Assembly: GCA_031458695.1 (NCBI GenBank)
Contig: JAVKJW010000043.1
Location: 1 to 16,266 of the forward strand
Source: Candidatus Thermofontivivens primus
GTDB taxonomy: Bacteria; Sysuimicrobiota; Sysuimicrobiia; Sysuimicrobiales; Thermofontiviventaceae
Reading direction: 5' to 3'
DNA: 16,266 nt
Shown: positions 7,898 through 14,940 of the stretch, one piece after another
Numbering within the stretch: position 1 is the first letter of the stretch
Layout of the letters: the number at the start of each line of letters is the position of its first letter
Made by a program: the position numbers and the translations under genes
The notes under the pieces: model-generated
What the model was told of the DNA's origin: nothing
Database searches by the model: none
What the model saw: the letters and a program-made list of their open reading frames with translations, nothing else

Positions 7898-7935
7898 TGA
7901 GGAAAATTTTAAACAAGTTCGCGTACAGTTCCTCA
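7898..7935. promoter_or_regulatory. Inverted repeat, candidate operator
   Basis: TGAGGAA-N24-TTCCTCA immediately upstream of the peptide promoter. It includes tandem GAACT(T)GT repeats on the minus strand. Confidence 0.35.
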
Positions 7936-8074
7936 CTCTTCACTTTGCTCCGAAAGAATTTGACCTCGTCCTTGTCCGCTCTGGAAAAGGCCCTCCTCGG
8001 CGGACTATGAAGGGAAGGCGGTCCTGGTGTTCCCCTGGCTACAAACGCGGCACAAACTTTTAGGAACTTGAAGA

Positions 8075-8109
8075 AGGAATTTGACATAGGGATGCGAATA
8101 TGCTACCGT
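8075..8109 (+). promoter_or_regulatory. pyr operon promoter: sigma-A with an overlapping sigma-H-like element
   Basis: TTGACA (8081-8086), 17 nt, TACCGT (8104-8109) with extended TG at 8101-8102. Also AGGAATT (8075-8081), 14 nt, GAAT (8096-8099). Confidence 0.65.
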
Positions 8110-8122
8110 AGCTGTGGATGTC

Positions 8123-8218
8123 ACCTTTAAACCGGTCCGGTGAGGCCGGTAAGGGGGCTTTCGATGGGAACAGAGAATTGTGGAGCCTTCTTGCAGGACG
8201 CAAGGGGGCTCCTTTTTT
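8123..8218 (+). ncRNA. PyrR-binding attenuator leader (anti-antiterminator, antiterminator, terminator)
   Basis: CCTTTAA-ACCGGTCCGGTGAGGCCGGT-AAGG matches the PyrR binding-loop consensus (CUUUAA...RUCCnGnGAGGY). AAGGGGGCTTT (8151-8161) can pair with GGAGCCTTCTT (8182-8192) as the antiterminator. Located directly before pyrB. Confidence 0.88.
8182..8218 (+). terminator. Attenuator terminator of the pyr leader
   Basis: GGAGCCTTCTTGC-AGGAC-GCAAGGGGGCTCC followed by TTTTTT. Confidence 0.88.
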
Positions 8219-8292
8219 AGTACCTGTCCCCTGGCCTCCGGAGGGCCCGGTTGAGGTGCTGTCCCGACTCTTCACGATAGGGAGGCGAGGGG

Positions 8293-9288
8293 ATGCGGCA
8301 CTTGCTCGGGTTACAAGACCTCTCCCCGCAAGAGATCGAGGGGATCCTTCGCACGGCGGCGGCTATCAAGGCGGGGGATCTCAACGTAAGTGGTTCCCTG
8401 CGGGGACGAATCGTGGTGACTCTCTTCTTCGAGCCCAGCACCCGCACGAGGACTTCTTTTGAACTGGCCGCTCGCCGCATGGATGCCCAGGTGGTCCACT
8501 TCGATGTGGGGACAAGCAGCGTTGTGAAGGGGGAATCCCTCCTCGACACGATCTATACCCTTGAAGCAATGGGGGTAGACCTCCTCGTGGTGCGTCATCA
8601 GGCGAGTGGCGCTGCCCATTTCATTTCGCGGCACACCGGGTGCGCGGTAGTCAACGCAGGGGATGGGATGCACGAGCACCCTACCCAGGGGCTTCTCGAT
8701 CTCTTTACCATCCAGGAGCACAAAGGGTGCATCGAGGGCTTGCGCGTGGCCATCGTCGGCGACATCCTCCACTCGAGGGTGGCTCGATCCGATCTCTTCG
8801 GCCTCACCAAGCTAGGAGCGGAGGTAACGCTCTGCGGCCCGTCCACGCTCCTCCCGCGGGATCGTTCGGGTGAAGGAAGCCTCCCCCTCCATGGTGTGCG
8901 CATCACCGACTCTCTCGACGAGGCCTTGGAAGGGGCCGATGTCGTCATCGCGCTCCGCCTCCAGCGGGAGCGCCAGCAGTCCGGGCTCATCCCATCGCTC
9001 GCCGAGTACACGCGGTTCTGGGGGATCGACGCCTCACGGCTTTCCCGGTGCAAGCCAGATGTGCTCGTGATGCACCCGGGTCCCATGAACCTTGGTGTGG
9101 AAATCCTCCCGAGCGCAGCCTATGGCCCCTGGTCGGTGATCAGAGAACAGGTGACCAACGGAGTCTATGTGCGCATGGCGGTGCTCTATCACCTCCTCGC
9201 CAAGGGCGGAGAGAATCAACCTCAAGGGATTACAGAGGCGCATGGAGGTGCGACCGATCGATCGCTCCTCCCGGTAGGTCGCCGGTAA
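8293..9288 (+). CDS. pyrB: Aspartate carbamoyltransferase catalytic subunit
   Basis: Motifs FFEPSTRTRTSF, KGESLLDT, NAGDGMHEHPTQGLLD, GDILHSRVARS, RLQRER and HPGPMN. Confidence 0.97.
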   Translation: MRHLLGLQDLSPQEIEGILRTAAAIKAGDLNVSGSLRGRIVVTLFFEPSTRTRTSFELAARRMDAQVVHFDVGTSSVVKGESLLDTIYTLEAMGVDLLVVRHQASGAAHFISRHTGCAVVNAGDGMHEHPTQGLLDLFTIQEHKGCIEGLRVAIVGDILHSRVARSDLFGLTKLGAEVTLCGPSTLLPRDRSGEGSLPLHGVRITDSLDEALEGADVVIALRLQRERQQSGLIPSLAEYTRFWGIDASRLSRCKPDVLVMHPGPMNLGVEILPSAAYGPWSVIREQVTNGVYVRMAVLYHLLAKGGENQPQGITEAHGGATDRSLLPVGRR

Positions 9289-9323
9289 AAACTCTACAGA
9301 GGCGACCTTCTGTGGTCGTCTCT
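9244..9323. repeat. Pair of degenerate palindromes (REP/REPIN-like)
   Basis: GGAGGtGCGA-N8-TCGCtCCTCC (9244-9271) and AGAGGCGACC-N6-GGTCGTCTCT (9298-9323). TACAGAGGCG is directly repeated at 9231 and 9295. Confidence 0.45.
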
Positions 9324-9375
9324 TGATGGGGGGAGGTCCTACCTGCCCTTATGGAAGGTCAAAGAGGGTGAGAGA

Positions 9376-10731
9376 GTGAGGATCCTTATCAAGGGTGGTC
9401 GGGTCATCGACCCGGCGAATCATCTAGATGGAGCAGCTGACGTACTCATTGAGAATGGGCGCATCGCGGAGATCGGCCACGGGCTTGCCGCACGGGGTGC
9501 TCAAGTGATTGACGCCCGCGATTGCATCGTCTGCCCTGGCCTCGTGGACATGCACGTCCACCTTCGTGATCCCGGTCAGACGCACAAGGAGGACCTGAGC
9601 TCGGGCACGCTCGCTGCCGTGCGCGGAGGCGTTACATCAGTGGCGTGCATGGCCAACACGGACCCGCCCATCGACCATCCCACCGTGGTGGAATACGTTC
9701 GTAGCCGGGCCAAGCAGGTGGGGAGGGCGCGGGTCTATCCTGTGGCAGCGGTGACGAAAGGGCTGAGGGGAGAGGAGCTTTCGCCTATAGGGAGCCTCGC
9801 CGCAGCGGGTGTGGTGGCGCTCTCTGACGATGGTCGTCCGGTGATGAGCGCGGGCCTCCTGAGGAGAGCGATGGCGTATGCCAGGATGTTCAAACTACCC
9901 ATCGTGAGCCACTGTGAGGACCTGACACTGAGCGAAGGAGGCGTCGTGAATGAGGGTCCCATCGCCGCGGTCCTGGGTCTCAAAGGGATCCCCGCTATCG
10001 CGGAAGAGGTGATGGTGGCGAGAGATCTCCTGCTTGCGGAGGATACCGGGGCCCACGTGCACATCGCCCACGTGAGCACCGCGGGGAGCGTCCGTCTTCT
10101 CCGGGAGGCGAAGCGGCGTGGTGTCCGTGTGACCGCCGAGGTTACTCCCCACCACCTCGCCCTCACCGAGGAGGCCCTGCAGGGGTACGACGCAAATTTC
10201 AAGGTAAACCCTCCTCTGAGGTCACGTGGGGACGTTGAGGCGATCCTGGAAGGCCTCCAGGACGGGACCATCGATGCCATCGCAACGGACCACGCTCCTC
10301 ATGCCATCGAGGAAAAGCTCGTGGAGTTCGATAGGGCTCCGTTTGGTGTCATCGGGTTGGAGACGCTTCTGGGGGTTGTGTTCACGGTGCTGGTACTTCC
10401 TGGTCACCTCTCCGAGGTCCAAGCAATTCGCAAACTCACTGTGAACCCTTCGCGGATCCTTGGGATCCCCCGGGGGACCCTCTCGCCGGGCGCGGAGGCG
10501 GACATTGTCATCATCGATCCACAGCGGGAATGGACAGTGACGCCAGAGGGTCTTGCCTCCAAGTCCAAAAACAGTCCGTTCTTGGGATGGCGCCTGAGGG
10601 GGAAAGCTGTGACGACCATCGTCGGGGGAGAGATCGTGTACTCTGACCAGGGAGAGAACTCTGGTTTTGTAGAGGTTCCCCCGACAACAGGCAGGGACCT
10701 TTGCCGGGATATCGAGGAGGTGGCACAGTGA
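9376..10731 (+). CDS. pyrC: Dihydroorotase (type I)
   Basis: Motifs PGLVDMHVHLRDPG, MANTDP, HIAHVS, KVNPPLR and ATDHAPH. GTG start. Confidence 0.96.
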   Translation: MRILIKGGRVIDPANHLDGAADVLIENGRIAEIGHGLAARGAQVIDARDCIVCPGLVDMHVHLRDPGQTHKEDLSSGTLAAVRGGVTSVACMANTDPPIDHPTVVEYVRSRAKQVGRARVYPVAAVTKGLRGEELSPIGSLAAAGVVALSDDGRPVMSAGLLRRAMAYARMFKLPIVSHCEDLTLSEGGVVNEGPIAAVLGLKGIPAIAEEVMVARDLLLAEDTGAHVHIAHVSTAGSVRLLREAKRRGVRVTAEVTPHHLALTEEALQGYDANFKVNPPLRSRGDVEAILEGLQDGTIDAIATDHAPHAIEEKLVEFDRAPFGVIGLETLLGVVFTVLVLPGHLSEVQAIRKLTVNPSRILGIPRGTLSPGAEADIVIIDPQREWTVTPEGLASKSKNSPFLGWRLRGKAVTTIVGGEIVYSDQGENSGFVEVPPTTGRDLCRDIEEVAQ

Positions 10732-11687
10732 ATCCTTCCCTTGCTGTGGAACTGGCTGGAATCCCTTTGGCTAACCCCGTCCTCGCTGCTTCCGGCCCCT
10801 TCGGGTTTGGGGATGAGTTGGAGGCTGTGGTAGACTTTCGGCGCCTTGGGGCGTTCATCACGAAATCCATCACCCTTCACCCCCGGCAAGGAAATCCCCC
10901 TCCCCGGCTTGCTCCTACCCCTGCAGGGATGCTGAATGCGATTGGACTGGAGAACCCAGGTGTGGAGGGGTTTTTGGAGCGCCATTGGCCCCAGCTCCGC
11001 AACCTCGGGATCCCTGTGATTGTGAGCATCGCAGGGCATACCTTCGAGGAATTCGCGATCTTGGCAGCACGGCTAGGAGAGGTGGAGGGGATCGCAGGGA
11101 TTGAGGTAAACGTCTCCTGCCCGAATGTGGAGGACGGGCTCGTCTTTGGGACCGACCGGGAGCTCCTCTTCCGCCTCCTCCGCAAGGTGCGGGAGGTTAC
11201 GCGCCTCCCACTCATTGTCAAGCTCACACCGAATGTGACCGACATCGTCCCCCTGGCACGGGCTGCAGAGGAGGCTGGAGCGGATGCCCTCAGCCTCATT
11301 AACACAGTCCTGGGGATGGCCGTAGACGTCCATACCCGGAGGCCGGCGCTCGGGGGGATCGTCGGAGGCCTTTCCGGACCAGCGATCCGTCCCATCGCCG
11401 TGCGCATGACCTGGGAGGTCTGCAAGGCTGTGCACATCCCCGTGATCGGCATGGGGGGGATTGCCAAGGCCGAGGATGCCTTGGAGTTCCTGATCGTCGG
11501 AGCCACGGCGGTAGCCATTGGGAGTGCGATCCTTCACAATCCTCATGTGCTCGACGAGGTGCTGGACGGATTGGTGCGCTACCTGCGCAAGCACGGCTTT
11601 CGGGATATTCGCGAGGTGATTGGAAGTCTCGACGCGGATTTTGTGGGGGGTACAAGTTTGAAAGCTGCAGGTTTTGTCAATCCTTGA
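10728..11687 (+). CDS. pyrD: Dihydroorotate dehydrogenase family 1 (1B-like) catalytic subunit
   Basis: Motifs ASGPFGFG, GNPPPR, MLNAIGLEN, NVSCPNV, KLTPNVTD and GGLSGPAIRP. GTG 10728 overlaps the pyrC TGA (GTGA) and has GAGGAGG upstream. Confidence 0.95.
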   Translation: MNPSLAVELAGIPLANPVLAASGPFGFGDELEAVVDFRRLGAFITKSITLHPRQGNPPPRLAPTPAGMLNAIGLENPGVEGFLERHWPQLRNLGIPVIVSIAGHTFEEFAILAARLGEVEGIAGIEVNVSCPNVEDGLVFGTDRELLFRLLRKVREVTRLPLIVKLTPNVTDIVPLARAAEEAGADALSLINTVLGMAVDVHTRRPALGGIVGGLSGPAIRPIAVRMTWEVCKAVHIPVIGMGGIAKAEDALEFLIVGATAVAIGSAILHNPHVLDEVLDGLVRYLRKHGFRDIREVIGSLDADFVGGTSLKAAGFVNP

Positions 11688-11749
11688 GACCTGGTCCCTC
11701 CAAACCTGTAGCGTGACAACCTGCAAACTCCCTCAAGAAGGGATGAGTT

Positions 11750-12460
11750 ATGGATACGATCGCTGACCGTCTCATCGTTGCGCTGGACACAGACGATCTT
11801 GATCAAGCGAGGCGCCTTGTCCTGACCCTCCGCTCGCGCATCCGGTTTTTTAAGGTGGGGATCCGCCTCTTCACCGCCGCGGGGCCGGATGCGGTGCGGG
11901 TAGTCCAGGATGCGGGAGGGGAGGTCTTCCTCGACCTGAAGTTCCTGGACATCCCTGCATCCGTCGCGGGTGCTGTGGCGAACGCCGTCCGTATGGGGGT
12001 CTTCATGCTCAACCTCCACGCCTCCGGGGGGAGGGAGATGCTCCGGAAAGCACGTGAGGCAGCAGAGCTGGCGGCACAGGCAGGGGGGCTGAGGCTCCCA
12101 CGTCTCATTGCCGTGACACTCTTAACAAGTGCGACTTCAAGCCTCCTGGAGGAGCTGGCGATCGAAGAAGGAGTGGATGCGCACGTTCTACGCCTCGCCC
12201 GCATGGCCGCCGATGCTGGCTTGGACGGGGTTGTGGCCTCTCCCCGCGACGCGCAGGGGATCAAGTCCGTCTGCGGGCGGGATTTTCTCGTGGTCTCACC
12301 GGGAATCCGCCCTCGCTGGGCCCCCTCAGACGACCAGCAGAGGGTCCTTCCGCCACGGGAGGCTCTGGCTATGGGAGCCGATTTCCTTGTCGTCGGCCGT
12401 CCAGTGACTGCTGCACCAGATCCTCTCGCAGCAGTGGAACGCCTCATGGAGGATGTGTGA
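11750..12460 (+). CDS. pyrF: Orotidine-5'-phosphate decarboxylase
   Basis: Motifs LIVALD, FKVG, VFLDLKFLDIP, VTLLTS, PGIRP...DDQQR and VVGRP. Confidence 0.96.
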   Translation: MDTIADRLIVALDTDDLDQARRLVLTLRSRIRFFKVGIRLFTAAGPDAVRVVQDAGGEVFLDLKFLDIPASVAGAVANAVRMGVFMLNLHASGGREMLRKAREAAELAAQAGGLRLPRLIAVTLLTSATSSLLEELAIEEGVDAHVLRLARMAADAGLDGVVASPRDAQGIKSVCGRDFLVVSPGIRPRWAPSDDQQRVLPPREALAMGADFLVVGRPVTAAPDPLAAVERLMEDV

Positions 12461-13053
12461 GGGTCCACACGGTGATGGATCTCACAGCCCTGGTAAAGGT
12501 GATGGAGAGGACTGGCGTTTTCCAGGAAGGGCACTTCCTCCTGAGCTCCGGGATGCACAGCGCCCGCTACCTCCAGTGTGCCCTCTTGCTCCAGCACCCC
12601 GATCTCGCGCAACAGGTATGCGCAGCCCTTGCACAGCGGTTCGCTGGTGAAGAGATCCAGGTGGTGTTGGGGGCAGCGCTGGGCGGGATCATTGTAGCAC
12701 ACGAAACAGCCCGGGCGCTTGGCGCCCGTGCCCTGTTTGCTGAGCGGGAGGAAGGGAAGCTCGTCCTGCGCCGCGGGTTCACCATCTCCCCGCAGGAGCG
12801 GGTCCTCCTCGTTGAGGATGTCATCACCACAGGGGGGACCGTGAGGGAACTGAATAGCTTGGTTGAGGAGGCTGGGGGAGAGGTTGTGGGAGTGGGGGCG
12901 ATTGTGGACCGGAGCGCCGGGAGGGCGATCCTCCCAGGGAGACGCCTCGAAGCCCTTCTGACGTTGGAGATCGAGACCTATCCTCCTGAGGAGTGTCCCC
13001 TCTGCCAAAAAGGGATTCCCTGGGTGAAGCCGGGGAGCCGCATACGGGGGTGA
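12457..13053 (+). CDS. pyrE: Orotate phosphoribosyltransferase
   Basis: Motifs GHFLLSSGMHS, YLQCA, PRPP-binding LLVEDVITTGGT and CPLC..G.P..KPGSR. GTG overlaps the pyrF stop; ATG 12475 is an alternative start. Confidence 0.95.
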   Translation: MRVHTVMDLTALVKVMERTGVFQEGHFLLSSGMHSARYLQCALLLQHPDLAQQVCAALAQRFAGEEIQVVLGAALGGIIVAHETARALGARALFAEREEGKLVLRRGFTISPQERVLLVEDVITTGGTVRELNSLVEEAGGEVVGVGAIVDRSAGRAILPGRRLEALLTLEIETYPPEECPLCQKGIPWVKPGSRIRG

Positions 13054-13162
13054 GGGCTCCCTTTTCCCCTTCCTGCTGAACCGCGGAGGAGGGCACTCCT
13101 GTGCTCACCGGAATGCGCGCGCTGCAAGAAATTTCTAGAAACGGGAGTGGAGATCCCGCCGT

Positions 13163-13192
13163 TTGACAGCTCCACGCAGGCCTGACTATAAT
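13163..13192 (+). promoter_or_regulatory. Consensus sigma-70/A promoter for hpt-guaB3-guaA
   Basis: TTGACA (13163-13168), 18 nt, TATAAT (13187-13192), about 30 nt before the hpt start. Confidence 0.8.
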
Positions 13193-13223
13193 TGAGAAAA
13201 AACATTCCGGGGAAGGGAGCTCG

Positions 13224-13811
13224 GTGAACCTCATTGACGATATCGACGAGATCCTTATCCCAGAGGATGTGCTGAAGGCGCGCATCCGGGAGCTGGGGGA
13301 GAGGATCTCCGGAGATTATGCAGGGAAAGAACCTCTGCTCGTTGGAATCCTCACCGGGGCCGTCATCTTTGTCTCGGACCTGCTCCGGTCTATTACCATC
13401 CCCGTCCAACTAGACTTTATGGCCATCAGCTCCTACGGGAATTCCACGGAGAGCTCGGGGATCGTCCGCATTCTCAAGGATCTCAACCAGAGCATTGTCG
13501 GGCGCCACGTCATCATTGTGGACGACATCATCGATACCGGGTACACCATGGATTACCTCCTGGAGACGCTCAAGGCGCGCTACCCGGCAAGCCTCGCGGT
13601 GTGTGCGTTGCTGGATAAAGCCAGCCGCCGTCGCCGCCACGTCCCCATTCACTACCGGGGATTCGAGATCCCCGATAAGTTCGTCGTCGGATACGGGCTA
13701 GACTACAGCGGGATCTACCGGAATCTTCCGTTCATCTGTGTGTTAAAGCCAGAGGTGTATGGGTTGGGAGGAAACCTGCATGAAACGTATCGGGGGATAC
13801 CGACGCGCTAG
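13224..13811 (+). CDS. hpt: Hypoxanthine(-guanine) phosphoribosyltransferase
   Basis: Motifs VGILTGAVIFVSDL, SSYGNSTESSG, IIVDDIIDTGYT and FVVGYGLDY...YRNLP. Confidence 0.96.
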   Translation: MNLIDDIDEILIPEDVLKARIRELGERISGDYAGKEPLLVGILTGAVIFVSDLLRSITIPVQLDFMAISSYGNSTESSGIVRILKDLNQSIVGRHVIIVDDIIDTGYTMDYLLETLKARYPASLAVCALLDKASRRRRHVPIHYRGFEIPDKFVVGYGLDYSGIYRNLPFICVLKPEVYGLGGNLHETYRGIPTR

Positions 13812-14940
13812 GGAGAGCTACGGGCTCGACGACATTGCCCTGGTTCCTGCCGCCTCCACGATCGATCCTGAGGATGTGGACCTCTCGTGGGAACTTGGCC
13901 CATACCAGTTGCGCCTTCCCTTTGTTGCGGCGGCCATGGATAGCGTGGTGGACGTCCGTGTGGCAATCGCCGTATCCGAGCTAGGGGGGCTTGCGGTGTT
14001 GAACCTCGAAGGGCTGCAAACGCGCTATGAAGACCCTGAGGAAGCTTACCAGCTGATCGCCCAGGCTCCTCCCGAGGAAGCCCTCGCCGTCCTCCAGCGC
14101 CTCTACCAAGAGCCAATCAAAGAGGAACTCGTGGGAGCCCGTATCGAGTCCATTGTGGAGGCTGGGGCTTTGTGCGCTGTCTCGATGACGCCTGCAGCAG
14201 CAGGCCACCTTGCCCCTCTTGCTCAAGAAGCTGGTGCCCACGTGATCGTGGTGCAGTCCACTGTTGCGTCCGCACAGCATCGATCATCACGGGGAAGGGT
14301 TACCTCCATCCAGGCGCTCTGCGAGAGCATCTCCGTGCCTGTGGTGGTGGGGAACTGCGCAAGCTTTGAGGCGGCGCGGTCCCTCCTTGCTGCTGGAGCT
14401 GCGGCGTTGCTTGTGGGCGTGGGACCTGGCGCAGCCTGTACGAGCCGGCGTGTCCTTGGTGTGGGAGTCCCGCAAGCGACCGCCATCGCCGATGTCGCGG
14501 CGGCTCGTGACGAGTATTTCCATACGACTGGGCGATATGTACCAGTTGTGGCCGACGGGGGGATCTCCACGGGTGGGGACGTGGCTAAGGCGATCGCCTG
14601 CGGCGCAGATGCGGTCATGCTCGGTTCCGCCCTCGCTAGGGCTGAAGAGGCCCCTGGGAGGGGATTCCACTGGGGAATGGCTGCTCCCCACGCGGCGCTC
14701 CCTAGAGGAACAAGGATCTGGGTAGGCACTACGGGGACGCTCCGGCAGATCCTCTTGGGGCCTGCTTCAGTCGACGATGGCTCCCAGAACCTCGCCGAGG
14801 CGCTCCGCACGGCTATGGGGATGTGCGGGGCGAGGACTCTCCGGGAGATGCACCAGGCCGAGATCATCGTTGCACCCTCCATTCTCACCGAAGGGAAGAC
14901 CCTCCAGTTCGCCCAGAAGGTCGGGCAAGGGAGATCGTGA
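13780..14940 (+). CDS. guaB3: GuaB3-family IMP dehydrogenase-related protein (no CBS domains)
   Basis: Motifs [53 protein letters not shown] and [10 protein letters not shown] 13780 after GGGAGG, overlapping the hpt 3' end by 32 nt. Confidence 0.88.
   Translation: MKRIGGYRRARESYGLDDIALVPAASTIDPEDVDLSWELGPYQLRLPFVAAAMDSVVDVRVAIAVSELGGLAVLNLEGLQTRYEDPEEAYQLIAQAPPEEALAVLQRLYQEPIKEELVGARIESIVEAGALCAVSMTPAAAGHLAPLAQEAGAHVIVVQSTVASAQHRSSRGRVTSIQALCESISVPVVVGNCASFEAARSLLAAGAAALLVGVGPGAACTSRRVLGVGVPQATAIADVAAARDEYFHTTGRYVPVVADGGISTGGDVAKAIACGADAVMLGSALARAEEAPGRGFHWGMAAPHAALPRGTRIWVGTTGTLRQILLGPASVDDGSQNLAEALRTAMGMCGARTLREMHQAEIIVAPSILTEGKTLQFAQKVGQGRS

Noticed and set aside
7467..8087. ORFs 7467..8063 (+), 7665..8087 (-) and the N-terminal extension of 7661..7936
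   Set aside because: They run over promoters and the propeptide gene, and lack an RBS or protein-like composition. ATG 7804 has the RBS and signal peptide.
8118..8462. 114-aa ORF or possible pyrR remnant before pyrB
   Set aside because: Crosses the attenuator and overlaps pyrB out of frame, with no PyrR/PRTase motifs.
11803..13008. 401-aa minus-strand ORF, and similar antisense ORFs over fumC, pyrB, pyrC and pyrD
   Set aside because: Antisense to well-supported genes.
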